Assembly (NCBI RefSeq): GCF_006345805.1
Contig: NC_043013.1
Location: forward strand, 28,520,001 to 28,584,000
From: Octopus sinensis
Lineage: Eukaryota
Reading direction: 5' to 3'
Length of the DNA: 64,000 nt
In this document: positions 1-13,080 of the stretch, in pieces
Numbering within the stretch: the first letter of the stretch is position 1
Layout of the letters: each line of letters starts with the position of its first letter
Program-made: the position numbers and the translations under genes
Notes under the pieces: model-generated
The model's database searches: none
Told to the model about the DNA's origin: nothing
The model's input: only the letters and a program-made list of their open reading frames with translations

Positions 1-1367
1 TAAATTCATCACCATATTCATGGCCAACTCTCACCTTACTGACAGCACCTCTGTACAGGTCTAACAAGACACTCCTCTACTCCTAACTTCCTTAGAAAGG
101 GCACCAAAACAGTCACAGAAGTCTCATGCAGGGTTTGCCTGGGCTGGCTCCTGTCAAACTGTCCTACCCATGCTAGCATGGAAGGTAGATGTTAGTAGTA
201 GTAATAGTAGTAGTAGTGGTAGATGATGATGATGAGGAGGAGGAGGAGGAGGAGGAGGAGGAAAAATTGTCAAAAGTGAATAAATCTATTTAAAAATGGC
301 TACACATTTTTTAGATTCAGGTGCATTTTCAAATCCCAAAACAAGTTCTATATATTTTCTGCATGGGAATACACCTCTTCTTTCCATATGTATATTTATA
401 TATGTGTGCATGCATGTGTGTATGTGTGTTTATATATGCACACCTATTTTAGCCTTCTCCTCAAACCTTTCACTGTAAAATTAAATTTCATGGTTATTCC
501 AGTTATACTGTTAAATTGCTACTAAAAATAGAATAGTTATTTTCTCTAAGTCACATCACATAAGTAAACTTGATGTATTTCAGAAACCAGTTTCAAACAC
601 GACATTCCTCAACAGAAGACAGATTCATATACAAAACTGCTTTACACACATTCTGCAGTAAAAAGGGTTAAGAGCTGTTTCTAAGTTCGCCAAATTGCCA
701 TTACAGTTTCATCTAACAGTGGAAATTGAGCATTGATTAGAGGTCTTCTTCGTTGAGAGAAGTGAGGAAGCCATTGCATAAATAGGCAAACAGACCCGTT
801 ATGCAGTATAAGGATTGTTTATTAGTAGGCACAGATATTTCTTTAACTGGAGTTAAATGCAATGGATCAAAGTGCAATTTGTTAGGCTAATTTGATAATC
901 CAGAATACAGATAGATTTAGCTGAAAATTTATGCTTGTTATTATTCTGTGTCATACTGGAAGTAGGAATTTATATGCATTTTTATTATGTTCATCAATGG
1001 TGTGACTACATATAGTGATATCATCTAGATAGGCGTACATGCCTTTCAACTTGTTTTTATGAATACGATGGCCTATAATTTTGTCAGAAACATGCAACCC
1101 CTTTATAAAGTGAAATCAATATGTTTAAACTGAAACAATTAACCAGTGACCTTGAATATTTTAAACACTTATACCATCAGAAAGCAGCATAATACAGTGG
1201 TGTGTGTGTGTGATGTAAATTGACGGTTGTAACCGTTTTTGTAGAAAAGACTCTTCTAGTTGACTAAATGATCTGAGTTGATCAGCAGCTAAGTACCTAA
1301 TGATGTGAATTCGTTATTAGTGTCAGAGCAGCCAACTACTGACTTGTCGACATTAATGATATGAGTT

Positions 1368-1585
1368 AAGGTGACAAGATGGCACAGTTGTTTGCACACC
1401 AGGCAAAATGCTTAGCAGCATTTCATCTGTCCTTACGTTTTGAGTTCAAATTTTGCCGAGGTCAATTTTGCCTTTCTTCCTTTCGGGGCTGATAAATTAA
1501 GTAACAGTTGAGTGCTGGGGTCGATGTAATTGACTAGTCCTCTTCCTCCAAATTTCAAGCCTTGTACCTATAGTAGAAAGGATTA
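1368..1585 (+). mobile_element. tRNA-derived SINE, family A
   Basis: Head ggtgacaagatggca...gttttgagttcaaatt (B-box-like) and body tgcctttc(a/t)tcctttcgggg(t)cgataaattaagta, shared with many copies in the window. Confidence 0.8.
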
Positions 1586-1649
1586 TTAGTGTCAGAGTAG
1601 CCAACTGCCCACCTGCTTTTGCTGTTAACATTAACAATGGGAATGATAC

Positions 1650-1860
1650 ATCAACGTGGTAGAATCAGTAACATGTCAGCCAAAATGCTTAGAGGCATTT
1701 CGTCTGTCTTGATGTTCTGAGTTCAAATTCTGCTGAGGTTAATGTTGCCTTTCATCCTTTTGGGGTTGATAAAATATGTACACTTGAGCACTGGGGTCAA
1801 TGTAATCAACTTAATCTTTCCTCTGAAATTGCTGGCTTTGTGCCAAAATTTGAAAGTAAC
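1650..1860 (+). mobile_element. SINE family A copy
   Basis: aaaatgcttag...gttctgagttcaaattctgctgagg...gcctttcatccttttggggttgataaa. Confidence 0.75.
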
Positions 1861-1924
1861 ATTAATGATGTGATTTTATCCTTGCTAGATGTGTATATGT
1901 GTGTGTATATGTGTGTGTGTAGGG

Positions 1925-2160
1925 TAGCGTTTCTCAATTGGGGTTCTCCGGAACCCTAGGGTTCCACAAAAGGTTCCTAGGGGTTCTGCAAGAAAGAGTG
2001 AGATAAGCTAATGCTAATTTCATGATTGTAATATTATTATACATGCACAACATATTATTGGTTATTGTAATATAGACATCATCCTATCTAACCTTTTATG
2101 TTATCAAAAAACATAACAAGCATTGGGGATATATCTTGTGATGTCTGTAATTTATGGACA
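1925..2160 (+). mobile_element. hAT/Charlie-like DNA transposon end fragment
   Basis: Begins tagcgtttctcaa...ggggttctccggaaccctaggg, resembling CAGTGGTTCTCAA-type termini; no second TIR found. Confidence 0.4.
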
Positions 2161-2169
2161 CCCTATATA

Positions 2170-2935
2170 TCATCACTTTCATTGTTTAACGTCCGCTTTC
2201 CATGCTGGCATGGGCTGGACGGTTTGACTGTGGACTGGCGAGCCAGATGACTGCACCAAGCTCCAATCTGATCTGGCAGAGTTTCTACAGCTGAATGCCC
2301 TTCCTAACACCAACCACTCCGAGAGTGTAGTAGGTGTTTTTTATGTGCCACCGGCACAAGGGCCAGTCAGGCGGCACTGACAATGGCCATGCTCAAATGG
2401 TGTATTTTATGTGCCACCTGCACAAGAGCCAGTCCTGCAGCACTGGCAATGACCTCACTCGAATGTTGTTTTTCACATGCCAGTAAAGCAATTCTGGTAA
2501 TGATCATGCTCAAATGGTACTTTTTATATGCCACTGGCATGGGAGCCAGTCAGCGGCCCTGGCAACGATCATGCCCGGATGGTGCTCTTAACATTCCACT
2601 AGCATGGATGCCAGTCAGGCAGTGCTGTCATCGGCCATGTCAGTGAATTGATTTCAATTTCACTTGCCTTAACAGGTCTTCGCAAGCAGAGTTTAGTATC
2701 CAATGAAAGAAAGGTACACATAAGTAGGCTTGTTACACCACTGGTATAGGCCACGAGTTATGGTCTCACTTGGCTTGCCAGGTCTTCTCAAGCACAGCAT
2801 ATTTCCAAAGGTCTCACTCACTAGTCATTGCCTTGGTGAGGCCTAATGTTTGAAGGTTGTGCTTCACCACCTCATCCCAGGTCTTTCCAGGCCTACCTCT
2901 TCCACAGGTTCCCTCAATTGCTAGGGTGTAACACT
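2170..2935 (-). mobile_element. 5'-truncated RTE-clade LINE: ORF C-terminus, 3' UTR with ~60-bp subrepeats, (GAT)n tail
   Basis: Minus strand 2915-2770 reads GTCGRGRPGKTWDEVVKHNLQTLGL (RTE RGRPxKTW motif), then ggttggtgttaggaagggcattcagc and the ccatgccagcatggaaagcggacgttaaa end. Confidence 0.85.
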
Positions 2936-2949
2936 ATATATATATATAT

Positions 2950-3003
<54 letters not shown>

Positions 3004-3014
3004 TATATATATAT

Positions 3015-3750
3015 AATATTAATTAGAGACAAAACCACTATTTTGCAAAACAAACAAGGAAAGACTTAATCAATACATAAAATTTTAATAAAAAGTAAAA
3101 AAACCGCCACTACAATTGTTTCATGTCCTGATCGACAATCTTCAGGTGGATTTCCAATCTAAAATATCAATATTTTAAAATATAAGTATAAAAAATAATA
3201 ATTTTAAAATAATTAAAGTATCAATGAAAAATATAAATATATAATCTATATATAACCTATATATAATCCATATATAATCAATATATAAACTAAAGTAAAC
3301 CTATCAAAAATTAAATATAAAACAAAATAAAAATAAACTATATATACACCTATACACATATAACTAATTATATATAACCATATCTAAATACATACACTAA
3401 ATCACACACCTATATATATATCCCTATACATACACATAAAAACGTCTAGGCAACGATAAATAAATAAAATAGCCAAATACTTCAACACAATACTTATTCA
3501 TACTCCCTCACACACACATACAACCCACATTCATAAACAATATACGTATACCCGCTCACACATACATATACAAACATACAGAACTCGATATATACACCAA
3601 TATATTCACACCCACAACTATACAGATAAATAAATTACGCAAATAATCCCACACACACACACCCATTCACACATACATAAACACTCAGAATAAATAATTC
3701 TTTGAGGCAACCTGTTTAGGATCACCTCTTTTGTGCTTAAATGTACACTA

Positions 3751-3755
<5 letters not shown>
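3015..3755 (-). mobile_element. Non-autonomous Penelope-like element between TA/TACA repeats, carrying a hammerhead
   Basis: Strongly strand-biased segment flanked by microsatellites; HHR at 3107-3149. Confidence 0.55.
3107..3149 (-). ncRNA. Minimal type I hammerhead ribozyme (GUA site)
   Basis: ccac CUGAAGA u uguc gaucag gaca u GAAA caauug UA gugg: stem I ccac/gugg, stem II uguc/gaca, palindromic helix III ACAAUUGU. Confidence 0.8.
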
Positions 3756-3805
<50 letters not shown>

Positions 3806-3959
3806 TATATGTATATATATATATGCTATTTACCATGTGAACTATGATGAAAAAATATGAGAAAGATATGGCATATTATTTTTTGTGTGCAGGGGTTACC
3901 AGGGCTTAAATTCTTTCCTAATTACCAACGTTTTTGTCTTTGCTAGTTTTATTCTATGA

Positions 3960-4450
3960 CCTCTCAATTCCTGGTTTAACTTCCATGGCTGGAATTTCTC
4001 TTCTAATTTTCATAGAGCGATTCAGCTATGAGAACTAGATCATCAACATACAAGAGTTCCTATTGATCGCCAGTCTTAAACTCCTTGGTGATGGCTTGGA
4101 GGACTATGACAAATAAGAAAGGACCGAAGGCTGATTCCTGAATTAGTTCTACTTTCTCACTAAATGTGTCACTGAAGTCACTTTACTTCCAGTACAGAGT
4201 TTGAACCACCTACACAAGTCATTCATCTACATCTAGTTTCTTCAGAGTCCACCCAATTACTGAACATGGTACCCTGTTGAATGCTTTCTCCAAACCAATG
4301 AAAGCTAGCAAAAGTGGTTTATTCATAGCCAGGTATTTCTCCTGCAGTTGCCTCATGAGGAAGACTGCATCTGTGGTACCTCAACTGGAAACAAAGCTAA
4401 ACTGTATCTCATCCAGATCTACTCCATCACAGATCAACTGGACTATGACT
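3960..4450 (-). pseudogene. Decayed RTE-type reverse transcriptase fragment
   Basis: Minus strand gives FIGLEKAFNRVP (~4270-4305) and ELLYVDDLVLIAE (~4021-4060, YADD-like), broken by stops and frameshifts. Confidence 0.7.
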
Positions 4451-4482
4451 GTCTCTGTGAATTTTATATGTGTGTGTGTGTA

Positions 4483-4740
4483 TCATCATTGTCATGATCA
4501 TGATCATTAACATCTGTTGCCCATGCTGGCATGGGTTGGACAGTTTGACCAGGGTTGGTACGCTGAGGAGCTGCACCAGACTCTCGTCTGATTTGGCATG
4601 GTTTCTATGACTGGGTGACCTTCCTAATGCCAACCACTCCGAGAGTGTAATGGGTGGTTTTACGTGCCACCAGCATGGGTGTCAGTTTACATGATTGCCA
4701 TGACTGATTTCACTTGGCTTGATGGGTCTTCTCCGCAGGA
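4483..4740 (-). mobile_element. RTE 3'-UTR copy
   Basis: ccatgctggcatgggttggacagttt...ccttcctaatgccaaccactccgagagtgt with (CAT)n tail on the + strand. Confidence 0.75.
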
Positions 4741-5087
4741 GCTCACACACACACACACACGTAAACATTATTAATGCAAAAACACCAAACTTTTAGAAGA
4801 ATAATTTTGTTTCCCACTAAAGTTTTAAAGATGTATGTTAACACAAGTTTCAATTTACTCACTGCCAATGAAATCGCTGCATACAAATATACACAGACAC
4901 ATTCACATTCATATATACATACATATATATATATATATATAATATATATATATATATACTCATACATACATATATATATATGCATATACTTACATTATAT
5001 ATATATATTGATAGAAATAGATAACAACATGTAACATTGCCTGCATGTATGTATACATATATAAACATATCATTATCATTATTATTA

Positions 5088-5118
<31 letters not shown>

Positions 5119-5282
5119 ATTATTATTATTATTATCCTTATTATTATTTCATGAATGTTTGTATATGGGGCTCTCACATACAAGCATAAATAAGCTTAAC
5201 AAGCATAGGTAACTTATAATTTGGCACATTGCAAAGTAGTGTATGTAAACATACACACACACCTACATATACATTTTTACCC

Positions 5283-5322
<40 letters not shown>

Positions 5323-5779
5323 ATGCATATATATTAAATTACAAGTATTCCCCATCATATTCGTACCCATGTTTTGTTGTTGTTTTTTTTATTTATATAT
5401 ATCTTTATATCTGTTCCAAGTTGTAATCTATATCCTTTATATCCATACTCAGTACATCCTATTATTTCCATATACATATCAATCCATGTTTATGTTTTAT
5501 CATTCCATATCTATATAACATGTGCTTTGCATTCATATGTTTGCATGTGCTCATGCATATACGTACAGGGTGTCCCGAAAGTCACTGACAGATTTCAGTT
5601 CTTAATAACTTCCTTAACTTAACAAATAAATTCATGGAATTCTGATACAATATAAAAGATATAATGGAAATTAATATGCACAAGTCAAATTTTGGTATCC
5701 TCTCTGTTATCGTATGATATTGCAAAGTCTAGGTTTTGTAGTTTTTTTTTTTAACTTAACCCTTTCAATACCAACTGTA

Positions 5780-5910
5780 AATAGCTGATGTGAGCTAGAG
5801 TGTTAAAACTTAGTGCACATGCACAGCATGGTCAATCTGTGCCAAGTGGTTTTACTTTGTGTGCTTTAGCTACGTTACTATGGCAACCACCCAGATACTT
5901 ATTGATCAGA

Positions 5911-5912
<2 letters not shown>
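5780..5912 (-). mobile_element. Non-autonomous mariner-like end fragment
   Basis: Aligns with 33140-33270 (gtgagctaga...ttaaaacttagtgcacatg...tattgatcag). Confidence 0.55.
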
Positions 5913-5980
<68 letters not shown>

Positions 5981-6149
5981 CATTAATAAAGAGGAGGATT
6001 TTGGATAAAATTTTATCCAAAATTCTGACTACCTCCCGTTAGCTCTGTGGCTTGCCAGCTCTGGTCAAACCGTTCCACCCATGCCAGCATGGACAACAGA
6101 CGTTAAAAGATGATGATGATGGTGATGGTGGTGGTGGTGGTGGTGGTGG

Positions 6150-6187
<38 letters not shown>

Positions 6188-6389
6188 TCTGGGCACCACT
6201 TCAAACAATCTATGCATGCATACATGATACATACATATATACATTTATTTATTCATTCTTTTCTTTTCTACTCTGCTAATTGTTTACATAGTGCAGAACT
6301 AATGAAGAGGGTCACAAGTTCAACTCCTTTTAGGGATGCAAACATATAACCATGTTTATTATCTTTGTTTTCTGTAATAAACTTGACTG

Positions 6390-6470
<81 letters not shown>

Positions 6471-7439
6471 CAGACACACACACACATATATATATCTGTG
6501 TAGTATGATGTCCAACATGTAGTAGTGCACTTGATCTCTTTTGAGAATAAAGATATTCTTATTAATAAGAAGCACATGAAAAACCTGGTGAAAGCGACAT
6601 GAAAAAACAGCAAGATAAAATCAATATTCCAGCCAGGAAACCCTGGGTGGCTGAATTTCATTAAGGTTTTTTTGTATGCTTGCTGTTGTTGTTGTTGTTG
6701 TTGGAAGTAGTAATAGTGGTGGTGGTGATGGTGATGGTGATGGTGGCTATGTACTTGAAGAAGAAATAATCTGAATGAGGAATTATGAAGTAAAATCTGA
6801 TTGGAAACAGATCCTCCACAAAAAAAATGTGATAATAGATCTGCTGAATTAAGCATGAAACTGTTTATTAGAGTAAAAAAAAAGAAAAACCCATCAAGGA
6901 CATGTCATTTCAATTATGCTCACAAAAGGAGACTCAATGAAAGAATGAAAGAAAGTCTAAATTATGTTCAGTAATATATGATGCACTGCACAATAAATAT
7001 GTGAAAAATATATGTGAAAGTATATTATATAGGTTTATTGCAAATATATATATATGTTTGTACAAGAAAATTGTAATATATTTTATATGGAAACTCATTT
7101 ATATTAACCATAAGAATTATATGCAGTGAATGCATATTGGATAAAATTTCTATGTTGTGATGCAAGTATGTCTCAACATAACTGCTTTATATTGTAAGAC
7201 ATATATTTATATCATATGTGGGTGGAATGCATGTTATATTGACTATTGATATTATATATTACTTTCGATAAAGGAACTGTGATCAGAGTGTAGCTGGACA
7301 ATAGATATGTCATAACAATTGCATATCAGACATAGGGAATGCATGTTTTACCAGTGTATTTATTAAATACTGGTTTCAGCTCATTTATTTTACAATGCTG
7401 TTATTTATGATGTCATGGGTATAGAAGTACATATATATA

Positions 7440-7647
7440 TTCAAAATGTGACCGCGTGTGTACCATTGACGATTTTTTTTCCTCTGTCTTCCCTTCTCTG
7501 GATCTTTCCTTCTCCTATGTTTCCAATGAAGAGCTCTGCTCAAAATGTTAAACCCTCCTTCCCTTCCTTCCTGAGCATCCAATAATACTATATTTGTTCC
7601 ACGTCCTCGCGTTGTTGTGTTTTCTCTTTGTGTTTTCATGTTTGGAT

Positions 7648-7651
<4 letters not shown>
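7440..7651 (+). mobile_element. PLE-type terminal fragment with decayed hammerhead, ending in (TA)n
   Basis: 7519-7553 guuu CCAAUGA a gagc ucu gcuc AAAA uguu aaac: stems I and II intact, core mutated. Confidence 0.55.
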
Positions 7652-7740
<89 letters not shown>

Positions 7741-7899
7741 ATATACATGTGCCTGGACATTTTTTAAGTGAGGAAAAGCCTTGTACATAGCCAATACTAC
7801 TCTTTAAACAAGATTCACCTTCAGCTTGCTAAAGGTTAAAGTAGAAGGCTAAATGTGACAAGTAGTTAGTAGAGGGAGGTAAAGAAGCAGTAGGTTTAG

Positions 7900-8088
7900 A
7901 TAATGATATTTACATTATTTACATTATTTACATTGGACGGATATGTGTCCTCATCTTGTTTATCATTACTGGTGGAATTTTGAACCCAACCCTGGGTTCT
8001 CATTCCTAAGGTATTTTTTACTGCTGCTGCTGCTGCTGCTGTTGTTGTTGTTGTTGTTGTTATTATTATCAACATCATCGTCATCATC

Positions 8089-8180
<92 letters not shown>

Positions 8181-8386
8181 TACTTTTATTTTTATAACGT
8201 GCTTTCACTTCACTACTGAGCACAGCTCTGTGTGCCTTGGGTATGTGCTGTGGTTTGGTTTGATGCTCTTACGGTTACTGTATTGAGAGTGTTTTGCGTA
8301 GGATGTGTGCAGTGCCAAGTAGTGCAATTTTCTGTATGTTATATATATTTGCACTACTTGGCACTGCACACATCCTACGCAAAACA

Positions 8387-8423
<37 letters not shown>

Positions 8424-8659
8424 TATTCGCATTGAAGTCTAATGCTGGCTCCATACCGATTAGATAATACTGTTCTATATTTTAGAGATGAGAAATTCTG
8501 TATATTATTTACATTTTTTCGGATATGTGTCCTCATCTTGTTTGTCATTAACAACATTTCAGCTGATTTACTTGCCAGCCTTCATCACCTGTCCAGGTGG
8601 AATTTTGTAGAATAATGTAAATAATGGATGGAATTCCTCATCTCTAAGCTATAGAACAG
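7900..8659. mobile_element. Nested cluster of hammerhead-SINE tail fragments (both strands) with an inserted Dong-like 3' end
   Basis: tttacattatttac...cctcatcttgttt...ctgggttctcattcctaaggtattttt matches 36912-37090 and 60763-60930; decayed HHR at ~8550-8590. Confidence 0.7.
8178..8387 (-). mobile_element. R4/Dong-like LINE 3' end within (TAA)n, with fold-back
   Basis: Minus strand NIQKIALLGTAHILRKTLSIQ* resembles the C-terminus of the 37343-38077 ORF; 39-bp perfect inverted repeat. Confidence 0.75.
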
Positions 8660-9999
8660 CATAATATATACTGTATATTCCAGCATATAAGACACTTTTT
8701 AAATTTTAATGTCTGCATTTACCTCAAAAGAAGAATTAGTTTTCATTGGATGCAGAGGAAATTATAGGTGTTACATCAGCATTTCCCTTCTCCTTGGGAG
8801 AAATCTAAACAAAGCCCAGGAATCTCTCACTCCCATCATTTGAATGGCTGTTGATCCCACTAAGTTCTTCTGGTTTTTGACAGGTCTTGTTTTTCATCCT
8901 GCAGAGCTTCCAATGAAAATCACCCTCCTTGTGAAAGGCTTGGTATGATTCTTGATTTAGTTGCTAGTGGCCTGACCATGTGACATACATGCATACATGG
9001 GTGGGGTCAGGGTAAAAAAAAAGAATGTTTTTTTCTGGCGCTACACATGTATGTGCCTGTGAGGATGGTGAGGTGGCAGAATCATTAGCATGCAGACAAA
9101 ATGCTTAGTGACATTTCATATATCTTTATGTTGTGAGTTCAAATTCTGCTTTACATTTGGGGGGGGGGGGGGTTCAGTGAAATAAGTTGAGCTCTGGGGG
9201 GCTATGTAATTCACTAGACTCTTCCTCAAAATTTCAGGTATTGTACTGAAAAGCTTACAATACCTAAAAATAGGAAATTAATTGAAGAAGCAATGTTCAT
9301 TTAAAATAGGGATATTTTCTTTCAATTTATAATAAATTATTTTGAACAATTAAATGGAATTAATTTTTAATTCTTTCTCAAATTTCATTTAAAAGAAATC
9401 TCAGAGGAGAACTATTTTGTTTCTATTATTTTCAAGTTAAGGTTGAAAAAAAAAGACATTTTGAATTATTCTCTATATACATGTACTTGTAGATGGGTTA
9501 AGGACCTAAGGAAAAAATCCTCAAAAGCAAAGGAAATATAAGAAAGCAAGAAGCAGTTGAATGCTTTCAATTGACAATAAATTATTTTGAACAATTTCTA
9601 GAATTAATTTTAAATTATTTCTTAAAATTAACAAAAAGGAAAAAGAGAAAAAAATGACAAATCTCTAGTTAGAAATACTGTAATTATTTTCTTTTTTTTT
9701 TCTCATTAATATCTTAAATTTCATATTCTTTTTGAGCATGTTTTTTTTAAAATTTTATTTATTTTTTTTGCGTCAGATATATCAATTAATATGAAAATTC
9801 ATTTTTTTCTCCTAAATATGAATTTCTTATTTATTTCCTCACTTTCTTTTTTTTGTTTTAATTTTGCAGCCTGATGATAGAGGAACGGTAAGTACATTTT
9901 TAATTTGATACTGTCATGCATGTATACATTATTAACACAAGATAAAATTTTATTTTTAAAAGTAAATTTTTTTAATAAACAATCAATATAAACTTGCAT

Positions 10000-10038
<39 letters not shown>

Positions 10039-11070
10039 CTCCTGAAGGACCGCTGTAGATCTGCATTCTAATGTGCCATGAACACCCACTGCAGAGGATG
10101 CAAATTATCTCAATAGTGAAACGTGCATAGGGTACACATAGCATAAACTGCATCCTGTATTTATCATAATTTTTTGGGGATGGTCATCTTTTACCTATTA
10201 AACACACACCACTATCTTTTTGGTCTATTATTTTTGGGTTAAGGTTGAATAAAAAAGAACATTTTGAATTATTTTCTATGTTCATGTCCTTCTAGATGGG
10301 TTAAGGACTTAATGAAAAAAATAACCTAAAAGCAAAGAAAATATAAAACAAAACAAGCAATTGAATGCCTTCAATTGATAAGAAATTATTTTTAACACTT
10401 TAGTTTTCTTCATATTATTTTTAGTTTGTACATCTGCCAAAGTTATTTCATCACACATCTGTGACCTCTTCAGTGACTCTCTGTCACATGATCTCTTCTT
10501 GTCCTGCTTATCAAAGAAATAATATTTGTTCAATGACTGACTCTGTTGCTACTCTGAGTTGCTTGTGTGTATATGTCCATTCTGGCAGTCAATAAAACAT
10601 GCTGCTCTATACAGTAATATCCAAATGTATAAATGCTTACTTGTGCATGCACATTTATACATACACACACACACACACACCACACACACACACATACACA
10701 CACACGCGCGCACACACACGCACACACACACACACACACACACCACACACACACACACACAGAAGCAGTTACTCATAAATGAGTATGACATGGTAACAGA
10801 AAAAAATTTTTATTTTCAAATTTAATGAAGAAACTTCATTCAAATGTTTCATGCTTTTATGAGACAACAGCTACCACTGGCTATCATTGGTAATTTTGGC
10901 GTCGAGGATATTACTCAAGTGTTCTGCAATTTCTACTTCCTTTCTCATCATTTAGAGTCAGTTGCTATCTTCTTCCATTCAATTACAATCAGAACCCTTG
11001 CTTCACTGAGATGTTGTTTGATGACATCTTTATAACATCCATGACTCACAAGTGCACATACTACAGTTAA

Positions 11071-11200
11071 CCTTTAGCATGCTGAAGACAAATCATATTG
11101 CTGTATGAGTTTTCTCCCCTCTCAATGAAACACAATGTACTTGAAGTTACAAGGGAGAAAACTTGTACAACAACATGATTCACCTTCAGCATGCTAAAGG
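11071..11200. mobile_element. piggyBac-like MITE
   Basis: TTAA|cctttagcatgctgaag...cttcagcatgctaaagg|TTAA, ~50-bp imperfect TIRs. Confidence 0.75.
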
Positions 11201-11475
11201 TTAAAGTAGAAAGCTAAATGTGACAAATAGTTAGTAGGAGGTAAAGAAGCAGTATGTTAACATAGTAATATATACTGCATATTCTAGCATATAAGACAGA
11301 CTTTTTAAATCTTAAATGTAACAAAAAAATTTGCATCTGTTTAATGTGGTACTGAGTGGACACTGAGTGTCTGGTTGTATGGTGAGACATTAAATTTGTT
11401 TTTTCCTTAAAATATACTTTTTTGTCTCATAAAATAGGTGCAGCTTATGCATGAATTTGTCTTATATGCCACAAA

Positions 11476-11510
<35 letters not shown>

Positions 11511-11643
11511 CATACATGTACATATTTACATATATATACAACATATATATGTATATATATATATAATTATATATATATATATGTTTGTCTTTCGTCTCCA
11601 TACAGCTGAAGCTAAAAACTTTCACTCACAAAAACTTATTCAC

Positions 11644-11743
11644 NNNNNNNNNNNNNNNNNNNNNNNNNNNNNNNNNNNNNNNNNNNNNNNNNNNNNNNNN
11701 NNNNNNNNNNNNNNNNNNNNNNNNNNNNNNNNNNNNNNNNNNN
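11644..11743. other. Assembly gap (100 N)
   Basis: Run of N. Confidence 1.
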
Positions 11744-11744
11744 T

Positions 11745-11905
11745 GTGTCCATCCATCCATTTATACCTGCTCATCCTTCTATCTATCACAACCATCCATT
11801 CATCTCTCACTTCATCCATAATTCCATCCATCTATTCATCCTGTCATTCTTCAATCTATCCACAATCCCCATCTGCTCATCTCTCTGTCAGTGTTCTATC
11901 AGGGC

Positions 11906-11978
<73 letters not shown>

Positions 11979-12760
11979 GTGTGTGTGCTGTGTGTGTGTT
12001 TGTGTGTGTGTGTGTTTGTGTGTGTGTGTGCATGCGTACACATGTTTATTTTTAGGAAAGGAAAAGGAGGAAAAAAAGATGTGTGCACACGAGGATCTCA
12101 AGATCAAATTGGATTTTTTTTAATTGAAAGAAATTTGAGTAATGGTTACTTGCATAGATGCGCACATACTTTGCAAAGAAAGATAAAATTTGCGCACAAG
12201 GCAAATATCTCTCCACATGCACAGCAAAAACTTAGAGGGAACATTGCTCTCCATCCATTCACCTCTTCACCCTTTCTATGCAGTGATCCAACCAAACACT
12301 CCTTCATCTTGTCACCCCCCTACACATCCACACACTCTTCCATCTACCTATCCCTCTGAACAGCAATCATGCCATCTATCCCTCTATCCATCTTTCCACC
12401 CCCTCCCCTTTCTCCCTCTGCACATCCCCCCAGTCCTTCATCTTTCCATACATTCATCTATCCCTTCATCTCTATACATCCCTCAATGCCTTTATTCCTC
12501 TTTGCATCCATCCATCCATCCATCCCTTCTGAAAACTTTTCTCCTTTCTTACATTCCTCTATACGTCCAACCTTCTACACACCCCTTCATTTACTCCTCT
12601 GTACATTCCTCCCTCCCTCCCTCCATCTATCCTGTTCATCCACCCTTGTTCATCCATTCAAACATTCTTTTATCCTTTTAAACATACCTTCATCTCTCTA
12701 TTTTTCTGGATTCCATCCCTCAATACATCCATCTATATATCTGTTCAGCCAAGTGCCCAT
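11745..12760. repeat. Degenerate (TCCA)n pyrimidine-rich tract with embedded (TG)n
   Basis: Repeated ccatccatc/tcttc motifs. Confidence 0.7.
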
Positions 12761-13080
12761 CTCTCAATACATCCCTCTAACCAACCCTATGTATTTCTTT
12801 GGCATAAACATAGATGTAAGTTGTCTTCCCACACTTGCCTCAGTTCTAAATATCTTACTGACAGTCCCATAAGCTTTATTTCTTTGGATGGTGAGTATTT
12901 CTCTCCACATGTCAGATAAGGCCTCTTCCAGTTGCTGCTTTAAGGGAAACTGAGAGTACCTCAGATATCTTTTTTTTTTCCCACATAAACACACAATCTC
13001 CCACTTCGTTAATTCTTAGCTGTATTCATTAGACAATTCTACCTGACGGCTTGTTTTTGCATCAATTTGGTCATGTCTAG
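12760..13080 (-). pseudogene. Possible highly decayed LINE RT fragment
   Basis: KAYGTVS...FMPKKYIGLVRGMY resembles KAFDSV...G.P...I..I..LY. Confidence 0.35.
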
